DNA of 63,856 bases, counting the filler. It is 14 parts of 14 records of this genome, joined end to end, with 100 filler letters (N's around TTAATTAATTAA, not from the genome) between each part and the next. Parts side by side here need not be neighbours in the genome. Positions count along the whole stretch, not along the records: positions 11,560 to 14,945 come from SRR15195285_919; positions 15,046 to 23,046 come from SRR15195285_927; 12 more parts are not named here. The stretch is one strand, 5' to 3'. Positions 11,560 to 22,803 of this stretch are shown here, one piece after another (within the stretch, counting starts at the first letter, position 1; the number at the start of each line of letters is the position of its first letter). The notes beneath the pieces are model-generated. The model had not been told where the DNA came from, searched no databases, and saw nothing but the letters and a program-made list of their open reading frames with translations. A program made the translations under genes and the position numbers.

Positions 11560-14500
11560 CAGCTGGCCAGTTCAAGGTCGCTAGTGGCGTGGATACATGC
11601 ATCCATTGTGCCGGTGGACAGTACCAGCCTCAAACGCATCAGGTAGGATGCATCAGCTGTCAACCGGGAAGGTACAGATCGACCAGTGACGCTGCAGCTT
11701 CCTGCATCCTTTGTGACCAAGGAAAATCGTTAGGCACCTCCGGCGCGAGTAGCGTGAATAGCTGCATTGACTGTGAACCCGGTCAGTTTGCTGCTAGCAA
11801 GGGTACGATCGCGTGTACCTCATGCGGAGTATTGGATGGGTGCACGTGCTCAGGTATTTCAAACCAGTGGCCGGTTGGCACATCCGTCGAGGATAAGAAG
11901 CTCACTCCAGATGGAGCTTTGTACCCGCAAGCGGGAGGCATCTGCGCACAATCGGAGCGGTGTCAGACTGATGTAGACTGCAACAGAAGGGCGGTGTGTA
12001 CACCGTCAGGACCGGACAGAACGGGACATACGTGTGTGTGTCATAGTAGTCTTGTATTTGGGCAAAAGTGCGATAGAACGTGCTATGATGAGCACACGCA
12101 TGATGAATCCAAGACTGACGAGGCATGGTGTGCCAACAACGCGCCGTGTGTGTACGATGAGAATGATCCGCGAGGCTACCGTTGTGACTGCTCTGCGGGC
12201 TATGGTGGCCCAAATTGCGTCGAAATGGACCCGTGCATCGTGACACGCCCATGTCACAACGGAGCCAATTGTAGTAGTGGTTTCACGTCCGAGTACAAGT
12301 GCACTTGCCCTACTGGATTCTCAGGGGATAACTGTGACACACTGACGCCTGCGAACCTTCGACGTGTCGATGGTGGGGTACATATGCTGGCTGTTGACAC
12401 TCTTGGAGCCATGCTTTGTTTTGGTGTCTATTGGTATGTCATGTGCCAAGTGCTTGCGAAAGACACGTGGTCAACGAAGACCACTCCCGCTTGCGCGCCA
12501 AGGAAAGCCTTTCCACAATCAGACGCACAGGATCCGCCGTCCTTATTCCAATTTGACACCGATCAACATGCAGATGATGGAGCAAGCGATTCAGTTGTGC
12601 AAATTTGCGGGCAGACACGCATCTTGAGCTGTTGTCACCGGCTGGGCGTACGAGACACCAAACCTCAGATCATTCTGGGTGTCTTCGTCGCTGCTCTGGC
12701 GTTAGTCTGCGTTGTCAATCATATTATCAAGAATGACCCAGCAATACTTTGGTTTGAGATCATGGCAGGTTATTTTTTGGCGATCATCATTTGCATAACA
12801 GTCGATGACACAGGTTATTTCCGAGATGAAACGAAAGAGGAACTGTTGGCTGCAGAGGGGCTACTCGCCGTCATTCTTCTTACCTTATCAGTTGCCGTGT
12901 TAGTACCTGCCTGGGTGGTACATTTTACGCTTGGCTCTACATTGTCCTGGCTTCAGGCGACAGGTTATTTAACCCTCGGTGTAGCGATGATCATTTGCAT
13001 AAAGGTCGGTGTCATACGAGAGGCTGTAGCACGATTTTGCGCCAGGATTGTAAATCGTTGCCTTATCCGTCCGACTGATTATCCAAGTCGCAAAAAGATG
13101 TGGGCAATTATTTTGGCGGCTGTGGGGTCGTGCATCTTCTTCGCCGTCGTTGGTGCTATGTTTCCAGCCAATCGGCCATGCAATTACATCAAGATGGAGT
13201 CATGGTGGTTCTGGCCTGAAGATTGGGAGTTCACTAACCGGGCCGATTTGTGCAAGCCCGCTAACCTTGGATCCGATCTCAAGTCGACAATACTCGAGTC
13301 GTGGGAGCTGTACAGCACCGTGGCACTGATGACTTTGCTTCCGGTAGGGCTCCACACAGCACTGTCACAAGCGAGGCAGGTGTTGACACGTAATAGTAGC
13401 GCGCTGAATGTGCGGGAAGGGACACTCGTGAAACAAACAGCGGAGACGGCAGCGGCCCAGGGGTTCACTGCTGGCACCATCTATGGAAGTCCAGAACCAG
13501 ACTCAAATTTGGAAGCGGATTCCGAGTCGGGAACCTTGTGGATCGAAATGCTGTCCGGCTTCGCAACAGTAGATGGGAGTAGACTGAAGCGTGGCGCCAT
13601 GCTTCCGATGTGTGCCCTTCTGTGTGCCTTGCCGTCAGCCGCGGTAGGTATTCGCATGAATCCAGATCGCTTGACACCATTCATGATGTGGAGCCAGTGG
13701 GGAAGTGCTCGAGCGTTCGGGTCTGGGCCGGACCAAGGGCTTTCAGACAGGACGGGTGGAGGCCTAGACCTAGTTCAAATCGACACTGTGGTTGATGAAG
13801 TACTAATCTACAGTTGGCAAGTGACCACATTCGGAGTACTGGTGCCAAGCCTTCCGATTGGTGTGGCACTCGCCCGGGTTTATTTGAAGGAGATATATCG
13901 CCGAGAGCAGTCACCCCTGTGGGTTGAACAAAAGGGGGACTTTTTGCAGTCTCCCAATCCGCTGGATGCTGGCGTTCCTCGGCCTGAGCTCTTTCGATGC
14001 GCTGAAAAGGGCTTTGCGGCACTATCTGGCCTGATGTTTCCATTCTTCTGGCTATCTTACATGGTGAACGAGATGCAGTTCTTCTTGTCCTTTGGTGAGG
14101 AGCGCAGGGAAGACGGTTACTATAAGCGGGGGAACGAGCATGCGTCGTTGGATGGTGTCCGTGCGCTATCTCCGGTTGTATGCACATTGAATTTTGCGAC
14201 GGCCGGGTGGGGGGTCTATATGATAGTGGCATTTCCTGCCCCACTCAAGTGGACGCCTACCATGTACTTCGGCGTAGTATGGTGTGCTTTGGTAGTGACT
14301 ATGCAGACTGTGTTGACGTTCATGCTCATCTGGTCGTTGTCCGAAGACAGCGAAAAAGCAGGTGATACTCAGTTTAAGGATGGTGGTGGGCTTGAGGATT
14401 GGTGGCCATTGGACACTGGAAAAGCAAAGGAATTTAAAGGGACATATTCACGATACAAGGAAGATCAGAAAAATCAAGACCAACGGTCCGACGGGGAGCA

Positions 14501-14936
14501 AAATTTTGTGGATGGGCTAGCTGCACGGTTAGTTAGAGTCGAAACGCTCGAGCAATTTAAAGTGTTGCTCCGCTGCCTCAAAACATTTGTCACATCCTGG
14601 TCAGGCTCAACAGCGATTAGTGGAGTGAATCACTTCTTCGCGATCGTGCTCTTCTGCTATGGAATCTACAACTTCGAGGAAAACTTTAGTCTTGAGCTGA
14701 TGAAATACCTGTATTGCGGCCTTGGTTTGACCATAACTGGCGTTGTCACCTCTGCTGGCTCCTTCGTGCAGCGGACCTGGACCCAGTACAAATTCTTCCC
14801 TACGGATGATTCGTTCAGACTGGCGTGCGTGCTGAAGGCCTTGCTTGTCATGAATAAGGCACTGATAGTTTACGAGCTCTCAAAGATTGATGCCAGCACG
14901 ACAGTCAGCATCGAGCGCCATGGGACTCCGTTTTAA
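11560..14936 (+). CDS. Multipass membrane protein with Cys-rich CxxCxxG (ephrin-receptor-like/GCC) repeats and EGF domains; 5'-partial
   Basis: ORF of at least 1115 aa: CxxCxxGxY/F repeats, EGF motifs (YRCDCSAGYGGPNC, YKCTCPTGFSGDNC), then more than 10 hydrophobic segments. Confidence 0.75.
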
Positions 14937-14945
14937 AACGGAGTC
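14924..14945. repeat. Perfect 22-bp palindrome at the contig end
   Basis: GACTCCGTTTT|AAAACGGAGTC runs up to the N spacer. Confidence 0.9.
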
Positions 14946-15652
14946 NNNNNNNNNNNNNNNNNNNNNNNNNNNNNNNNNNNNNNNNNNNNTTAATTAATTA
15001 ANNNNNNNNNNNNNNNNNNNNNNNNNNNNNNNNNNNNNNNNNNNNTGCAGTGCCCAGGTTCTATTGCTATTCTATCTCTAGAGAGGCTCAATACTATTGC
15101 TACTAGTACTACAGCTGTAGCTAGTAATTGCCTCAAGAAGTGCATATATTTATATATAGCACTTCAATCCGGTCTTCGCTGCAGTACCCAGGTTGAATGG
15201 ATGACCAATTGACCGGCCGCGTCAACTCGTTCGATTCGGCGACATGCAGACCGAGACCCAGACGGCGATGCTTTGCGATCGTCCTGCAAACTCAGACTCC
15301 GCAGGATTCCGGTGGAAAATACGGTCGAGTTTGTACGCGGTTTCGCTGCACTGCAAACTCAAACTAAAATACATACTATTGTATGATCAGACCTCCACAG
15401 AATTGCAAGTTCGCACAGGGCACGTGAGTCGTACATGTACCTTGTGTACACGGGGAACTGCTGGAATTCCTACGAGTTTCGAGCGCGCTCGCGCGCATGC
15501 ATGGATCCAAAATTCATGATCTTCAACGTGTGCCCAGCCTGGCACGCCGGGGCCGCCCCGCCCCGGCCCACACCGACGCTCTAGCTCTAAGGCGGCGCCG
15601 GCCACACCTCGTGAGCGATCCCGACCAGCGAGGACACCTGCCTCCGTCATCC

Positions 15653-18526
15653 ATGCAGGCTGTGAAGAAATTTGCTGCTGGTCGCTGGTCTCGCGCCAGC
15701 TTCTCCACACACGACCGAGCCGATCCCCCGCTACACGAGCGGCTCGAGCTGCCGCAGTTGCAGCACGCTGCGGAGGTGCTGCGCGATGAGTTCGGTGTGC
15801 CACACATCTACGCCGAGACCGAGCATGACTTGTTTTTCCTGCACGGGTTCTGCCAGGCGGAGGACCGGCTGTGGCAGATGGAAGGCCTGCGGCGCGTTGC
15901 GGCAGGCCGTGTCTCCGAGATGATGGGCCCAGGCGCGCTGACGGTAGACAAGTTCGCGCGCACGCTGGGGTGGTCCCGCCGCGCCGCAGAAGAGTGGCAG
16001 CTCCTGTGCCAGTCGGACGACCCGAATGCCACGAAGGCTGTTGCGATGCTCACCGCATACTGCGACGGTGTGAATGCGTTCATCGACCAGGCAACTGCAC
16101 AGGGTGGCCGCGGCAACATGCTGACTGGCGGCCCACTGCCTTTCTACTTCATGCTGCTGAAGATCGACCCGGAGCCTTGGCGGCCTGAGGACACACTCGG
16201 AATCCTGCGTGTGCTGTGCTATCAAATGAATCATGGTGGCCAGCATCCGGCAATTCGGCAGCTGCTCGCCAATATCGTAGGCGAAGACGACGCTTTGCGG
16301 TGGTCCCGTACCGATCGCGATCCAGCGACCGACAAAGAGTGGCCACCGACTCGACCGTCGCTATCAGACCCAAGCGCAACACCCGATTCACAAGGCCATT
16401 CAAGCACAGCAAAGAACGCACCAACTGCCAACCCAACTGCACAGGCTTCCGCGCACTGTGCTACTGCAGTCCCAGATGACGTTTTGCTCCGCACGCTAGC
16501 GGGTCAGCCATCGGAGCGTGACCTCCCGTCTCAGGGGCAAGGCAGCAACTGGTGGGCCCTAGGGACGGAGCGCACGTCCACTACTGGGCCGCTTCTGGCA
16601 AATGATCCGCACCTGAGCGTTCGTGTACCTTCCATCTGGTACGAATCTCATTTGCACGCAAAAGAAACCAAATTGCATACCACAGGCGTCCAGATGCCTG
16701 GATTTCCTGTCACAATTATCGGGCACAACGACCATGTCTGTGTTGGAGTCACTCTCGGGTATACAGACACCGAAGACCTTTTCATAGAGCGGTTCGTTGG
16801 CAAGACAGATCTACGGCTGGGACACTCAACGTCATACATGCATGAGGGACTAATAAAAGAGGTTACCACGTATGAGGAGACTGTTGTGGTGAAAGGCGAG
16901 ACTGAGCCGGTCATGATGATGGTGGCGGAGACTGTGCACGGTCCAGTAGTTTCGCAGTGCGCTGGCGACCATGTGACGGCCTACGATGTCGCGCGTGCGG
17001 AGGCCGTCGCAGCAGATGATGGGCACTTCGGAACACATGACGCAGATGGCGTGACAATGGAGATTTCTTTCTGCGCGAAGGGCCTGGCACCGCGCACTGG
17101 TGCTATGGAGGCCCTGTATGCGTTGGCCCATGCGACGGACGTAAAGTCTGCACGTGCAGCGTTTGAGCACGTTGCAGCGCCGTCATTGAACATCGGTCTT
17201 GCTGACGACGCGGGAAATATTGGTTACGCACTCGTTGGGCGTGTTCCAGTACGTGGATGCATGCCTGGAGCAGAGATGATGCCACTTGCTGGTTGGACTG
17301 GAGACAATGACTGGCGTGCAGACACACCATGGGAACTCATGCCACATTCCATCAACCCACACGGGGGAAAGCTGGTCTCGGCTAACCACCGCATCGTCCC
17401 GACAACGGATGAGAAGGTTTATCTGGGGAATATTTGGGTTGCTGGATGGCGCGCGTTGGCGATTCATGACGCGCTGGATGAATGGGAGGCCAACGGCGTG
17501 CGAGTTGGGATTGACGAGAACCAGGCTCTGCAGATGGACTTCCGCTGCATTCCAGGCGAGCATTTCCGTGACTTTTTCTCCGTGAATCAGATGAAGCTCG
17601 AGACTACACAGCAGCTTAGTGAGACAGAGGTCGCAGGGCTTCGCGAGCTGGTGGCATGGGATGGGAGAATGGAAGCAGACAGTATCGGGGCGACTCTGTA
17701 TGAGTTAACTTCTGACGCAGTCGCTGATCTGGTGTTTGAGTCTTTGCTAGCTCGAAATGAAGCCACAGATAGTGGAGACGACGCAAAGAAAAGAATGATG
17801 TCAGCAGAGAGGCTACTGCAGCTGGCGACTGGTCAGGGGATAGATCCATCCCTACGGGGACGGTCAGAGCTCAAGAATGGTGTTGTGAGCACGGTTCTCG
17901 AGGCGCTGGCGCAACCTTCTTCCTGGTACCTTCCGGATGGCGACGCCGTTCCAGTGATGGCACAGGCGCTGCGCGTTGCCTGCACATATCTCCAGGCGAA
18001 GCTCGGTGAAGATGTGAGCGAGTGGCGGTGGGGTAAACTGCATGTCTGCCATTTTACGAACCAAGGCGCAGGACAACTAGGAGACTTCCTGAACGCGCCC
18101 CCGTTTGAGTTCGGTGGCAACGCTGATACGATCGCGCAGGTGAGCATCGCCAACATTGGTGCTGATCAGGTGAGTTGCTTGCGCGCTGTTCAGCATTATC
18201 CTCCCACCACGAGATCGTACTCGCACTGTTCCACAGTCGGATTCAAGTCGATTGTACTGCAAGTGATCATGCGATGCCCACAGGTGCCATCCCAGGATCC
18301 ACCGGGCACTGCTTCATACAGGGTTGTGTATGATCCGATGGATTGGGACAGCTGTAGAAACATCAATCCAGTAGGGCAATCCGAGAAATACGGCAGCGTA
18401 CATTATCACGACCAGACGGAACTTTGGGCGAGCGGGACACTGAAGCCGATGCGATTCAGCCGCGCCGCAGTCGAGTCGAATGTTCGGACTCGCAAGGAGG
18501 TGCTGCCGAGACACGCTCGCATGTAA
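15653..18526 (+). CDS. Penicillin acylase family (peptidase S45) Ntn-hydrolase; probable in-frame intron 18170-18283
   Basis: RDEFGVPHIYA, GFCQAEDRLWQME, beta-subunit nucleophile G/SNWWAL, LLANDPHL, ETVHGP, ADDAGNIGY, WRWGKLH, GQSE..SVHYHDQ. The 114-nt GTGAGT..CAG segment interrupts the C-terminal region in frame. Confidence 0.9.
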   Translation: MQAVKKFAAGRWSRASFSTHDRADPPLHERLELPQLQHAAEVLRDEFGVPHIYAETEHDLFFLHGFCQAEDRLWQMEGLRRVAAGRVSEMMGPGALTVDKFARTLGWSRRAAEEWQLLCQSDDPNATKAVAMLTAYCDGVNAFIDQATAQGGRGNMLTGGPLPFYFMLLKIDPEPWRPEDTLGILRVLCYQMNHGGQHPAIRQLLANIVGEDDALRWSRTDRDPATDKEWPPTRPSLSDPSATPDSQGHSSTAKNAPTANPTAQASAHCATAVPDDVLLRTLAGQPSERDLPSQGQGSNWWALGTERTSTTGPLLANDPHLSVRVPSIWYESHLHAKETKLHTTGVQMPGFPVTIIGHNDHVCVGVTLGYTDTEDLFIERFVGKTDLRLGHSTSYMHEGLIKEVTTYEETVVVKGETEPVMMMVAETVHGPVVSQCAGDHVTAYDVARAEAVAADDGHFGTHDADGVTMEISFCAKGLAPRTGAMEALYALAHATDVKSARAAFEHVAAPSLNIGLADDAGNIGYALVGRVPVRGCMPGAEMMPLAGWTGDNDWRADTPWELMPHSINPHGGKLVSANHRIVPTTDEKVYLGNIWVAGWRALAIHDALDEWEANGVRVGIDENQALQMDFRCIPGEHFRDFFSVNQMKLETTQQLSETEVAGLRELVAWDGRMEADSIGATLYELTSDAVADLVFESLLARNEATDSGDDAKKRMMSAERLLQLATGQGIDPSLRGRSELKNGVVSTVLEALAQPSSWYLPDGDAVPVMAQALRVACTYLQAKLGEDVSEWRWGKLHVCHFTNQGAGQLGDFLNAPPFEFGGNADTIAQVSIANIGADQVSCLRAVQHYPPTTRSYSHCSTVGFKSIVLQVIMRCPQVPSQDPPGTASYRVVYDPMDWDSCRNINPVGQSEKYGSVHYHDQTELWASGTLKPMRFSRAAVESNVRTRKEVLPRHARM

Positions 18527-18828
18527 AGAATTGTCTTGTTGATATGTCCCGTCTATCCCAGGTGGCGCGTCTTCCCGTTGCCTTCAGTATCGCCCACTGC
18601 GTGGCTCAACGGAGCAGTCATGCGCCAGCCCACTACCCTCCGCCACCTGCCCCGCGCCCGGCGCCGCCATAATTATGCCGTGCTATAGTTGCTAAGATCA
18701 GACTTCATTACGTCTAAGGCGATTGCGCGGCGGTTCCCATCAATCACAGTAACAGATTGTGTGAATGGTGGCAGTGGGTGCATAGCTATTGATACACCAG
18801 TCATTTGAATGTACACAATCCATTAATG

Positions 18829-18896
18829 TGCAGTGCTTTCACACTAGTCGAGAGACTAGTGTGAAAGCACTGCGAGACTAGTGTGAAAGCACTGCA
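18829..18896. repeat. 20-bp unit present once inverted and twice direct
   Basis: (T)GCAGTGCTTTCACACTAGTC at 18829-18849 is the reverse complement of GACTAGTGTGAAAGCACTGC(A) at 18854-18873 and 18876-18896. Confidence 0.9.
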
Positions 18897-19236
18897 TTTC
18901 GCATTGATGTACCTGTGGCAGGCCACACGGGCTTACGCGGAGACAGAGAGGCGACCATGGCCAGTGGGTTCAACGGTAGCGATGGCGTATGCAGAGATCG
19001 CACGAGTGTTCTCAAGCATCCCCTCACCAGTACAACCCGACCCGGCCAAGCGACACCTTAGCGAGAATGGGCTGACGCTTGCGGTGATGAAAGACGAAGT
19101 ACTAGAGATGCCACACATCGGTATACTATTCATAGTAGTACCGATAGCATTCGAATAGTAGTAGCAATGACAATGTTCATATGAGACTTCACTCTCTCCC
19201 TAGCCTCACAGATGCAGAGGAAGCTCACCTCAGTAG

Positions 19237-20365
19237 CTACTCCAGCGAGGCCGCAGCAGCACCCCCTTTGGACTTGGACTTGGACTTCTTGACCTGGACA
19301 CCTTGCGCTTCCCCACCGGTTTTGCTACCACGGGCCTGCTTCTTCGCATCCTTCTCGCCCTTCTTCACCTTGCGCTTGACCTTCTTCTTGCCTGTGACAG
19401 GATCAACCACTACAATCTTCTCAACACCCTCCTCCCCTCCTTTCTTCTTCTTTCGCTTCTTCTTTTTCCCGTCCGGCCCGACGACTACCACCACATCACC
19501 TGACGTCGCACCTCGCGACCGGCGTGACCGCCTCCCGCCTTGAGCGTCGTCGCCGCCGTATATTACCGGAGCACCCTGGCCCTGCGCTTGTAGGTTCGTA
19601 TCCATCCGTGGCACCGGCTCGTACTGTTCCCGCTTCTCGACAGTGTTGCCCATCGAAACCATGATGCCGTCCTTCACTAGGCCACCGAGGCTCCCCCAAA
19701 ACCTTGCATTCGGGATCTGCAGGAGGCACACAGCGAGCGTGAGCGGCGATGCCGGGCAGGCAGTGACAGGCAAGTATTCCAGTGGGACTGTCGGCGGGAG
19801 CGAGAGTGCAACACACCAGCTCGGCGCCGGTCTTTCCGGCGTTAACATTGGTATAAATGCCGGCCACCATGTAGAGGCCGCAGACCCCCGCGAGGGACCA
19901 GCAGAAGAGTACTCCCCAGTTCGACTCTGCCTCGTCCTGCGTGCAGTGAACCCCAACGCATTTCGCGCCCGGAGCGATGCCACCTGGCGCAGGAGCCGGC
20001 GCTGGGCCGGGTGCGGGCGCGGGTCCTGGGCCTGGCGCGGGTCCCGGGCCTGGCGCCGGCGCGGGCCCGCCCTTCCCTTGCTCCCCCTGCCACTCGACGC
20101 CGCCCGAGTCACCGTAGTCGCTCGAATCCCCGCTCCAGCAGTTTGGCGGCGTCATCGGATCGTCGGACCACTGCCAGACCGTACAAGTGGCATCGCTGCA
20201 GCAGTTGCTCTTGCACTGGTCCGAGCTCTGCGCCGTGCTGTCGCCGTTCAGGTCGTTGTACTGCGTGTACGGGTCGATCTCGTTCGTGAAGGTGCACTGC
20301 GCCGCGGCCCGCTGCGACGCCCCCACCAGCACCAGCAGCACCGCGCCGACGATCCGCCCACACAT
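19237..20365 (-). CDS. Type I membrane protein: PAN/apple-like Cys domain, Pro/Ala/Gly linker, ATG27/CD-mannose-6-phosphate-receptor-type TM and tail; intron 19717-19816
   Basis: Signal peptide MCGRIVGAVLLVLVGAS; CKSNCCSDATCTVWQW..CW; (PAPGPG)n; spliced LYMVAGIYTN..GKTGAEL|IPNARFWGSLGGLVKDG; YEPV motif; Lys-rich tail. Confidence 0.75.
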
Positions 20366-21417
20366 ATCTCCGCCGGCTGGAGCGACCCCCCGAAGCCCCG
20401 TATCGCACACGCACGTCACGAACAGGTCGGTCGCGTCGCCATCTGCGTGGTCACACGTCACAGCCACCGGCGGCGCACAACAGGCAGGGCGATTCTCAGT
20501 ACCGAGCTACCGACCCTGCCTGCCCTGTGCCCAGGGGGACGCGGTCTAGAGCAGAATGGTGCTGTTTTCCAGTGCAGACTGCACAGAAATTGAAAAGAAT
20601 GATACGTCGGCGCTTGGTTTTTTTCACACGAATGATGAACGGAATCACCCTGGTCACAGGCCGGAACCGGCGGTGAACTCACCCAAATAAATAGCATGCG
20701 GGACATGATTCAGCATTCAGATTCACTGGTACAGTGCATTATACGAAAACTGCGTGTTCTGAAATGAAAATCTATTTCGATTGAATACCGGTGCTTCATT
20801 TTTCTCAAAACCTACCGCAATTCCAGTACTAGCTAGGATCCTATGCTCCTTACCGCGACAACCGGGAGTTCCATCGATCGTTTGAAGCGCCGGAATCGTC
20901 TTCAGCACCGCCGCACCCATACGTATTCCAACAAGTTTGAGTAGGTTTTGTTCGGACAACTCACTGATAAATACAGCGCACTCCTCGAGCCGCCCGAGTC
21001 GCTCCCTGATTATCCTGCGTCAGTACGAATATCCGTATTGTTTTAGAAAGTCAAACTCATTGAAGAGCCGATTCATACTTCATAGCAGAGATCCGGTAGG
21101 AATCTTGATTTTCAAAATTACGAATATTGGTGCTGGAGAAGAACGGCGTCGGCAATGGTCTTTTTCCCAAAATTCGCGTCATGCCAGTTGCGCTAACTCC
21201 ACGTCAGGAAACACACCATACATTGTTATAATAATGATGATTTTGTGTTATTAATCAAATTGGATAATTATGTACATTGGACTGTGTTTTTTTTCAGTGC
21301 CAAAATTGGCAGGCGTTGGAAATATTGCAGCGCTGAGCACCAAGAACACGGTAAGCCGCCGCACACTCTGCCCCACACACCGTGTGTTTCACAGCTGACC
21401 GTCTGGCCGTCAGCAGC

Positions 21418-22803
21418 ATGGCGACGACGGGCTACGGCACCGATGGGGTCCGCTACGGCCCGAAGAAGGCATCGACCTCCTACTTCATGTTCACGGCGTC
21501 CGTGCGCGCCCAGGTCAAGTTGGACAACCCCGACGTGCGTGCCGTGCTTTGCGTCCATCTCCGGCTTCGCCTCGTCCGTGCTTTGCGTCCATCATTCGCA
21601 TCGTCTGCGCTTTGCGTCCATCTCCAGCTCCGCCACCTCCGCCTTCGCTGTCATCTTCGCCTTGGCCTCCGCCTCGGCCTGCGCTCTCGCGCGCGCCATC
21701 GTCCTGGGCAGCCACCCTCCCTGTGCCGCAGCGTGCTGCTCTCTCTTCGGCTCCGCTTGCAGCCGCTGTCTCCGGGTTTGTCGGCGGCTGGTGTGGAGCA
21801 ATGGGAGGCGGAGGGTTAGAGGCTTCGATCGGTGTGCGGGAGGAGTGGCATCTTGCCAAAGCTGAGCTGCTTGCTCCCCGTATGCAGATCGCCACGACGG
21901 AGATGACGAAGCTGATGGGCGCGCAGTGGCGCGCGCTCACGGCGAAGCAGAAGGAGCCCTTTGAGAAGCAAGCGGCGCAGGACAAGGTGCGCTATCAGCA
22001 GGAGTTCGAGCGCTGGGTCGCCGAGCACCCTGAAGAGGTGGAGATGGTGGCCGCCGCCAAGAAGGAAAAGAAGCAAGGCAAGAAGCGTTCCATGAAGCAG
22101 GAGGGGGGCCCCAAGCGCGCCTGCACGGCGTACATCTTCTTCACGAACTCGGTGCGGGAGGAGACTCAGCAGGAGGCGCCCGATGCCAAGGTGACCCAGC
22201 CCCACCCGCTGACTCGTCGCTCCTCGGATCAGAACAAGCAACCCTGCGTTGCGAGCGTGCCGCCCGCGTGGCCGCCTTCCCCGCCTGCAGGTTTACCTGA
22301 AGCGCTACCGCCTGCTGACCGAGCGTGTGCCCTCGCTCGGACAGATGACGGACTTGAGCAAGTTGATGGGAGCCAAGTGGCAGGCCCTCTCGGAATCGGA
22401 AAAAGCTCCGTTTGTGGCGAAGGCGAACGAGGATAAGGAGCGGTATGACAAGGAGAAGGTGACTTGGCTTCAGCAGATGGCGGAGGCCAAGCATGCTGCC
22501 TCACTCAAGACGCTGGGGGATTTGATCGCCAACCAGCAGCTGCGCGCCGGCTCCTTGCCCGGGCCGCCCACTATTGAGGCAGTCACGGCACTTCTGGCGC
22601 GGCTGGAGATCTTGGTGGCTGATGATCTGTTGACGAAAGAGGAGGCCTTTTCCGTAGACGATGTGCTGGCGATGTTCAAGGGGCGGAAGCGCACGTCGCT
22701 GTGCGAGACTCTCCGACAGATGTGCGACCTCTCGGTCGGGATTGCGGCCGACCGACGTTTCGCAGAGCAGCTCCGGGACCAGTTCTTCTCTGCCGCGGCC
22801 TGA
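21418..22803 (+). CDS. Tandem HMG-box protein; introns 21535-21887 and 22191-22344
   Basis: PKKASTSYFMF..NPD|IATTEMTKLMGAQWRAL..KEPFEKQAAQDKVRY and PKRACTAYIFF..PDAK|MTDLSKLMGAKWQALS..KAPF..DKERY. Both introns are GT-AG and restore the frame. Confidence 0.9.

Noticed and set aside
3644-18526. Apparent cluster of hydrolases (GH78, SASA, S45)
   Set aside because: The genes are on different contigs, so there is no evidence of linkage.
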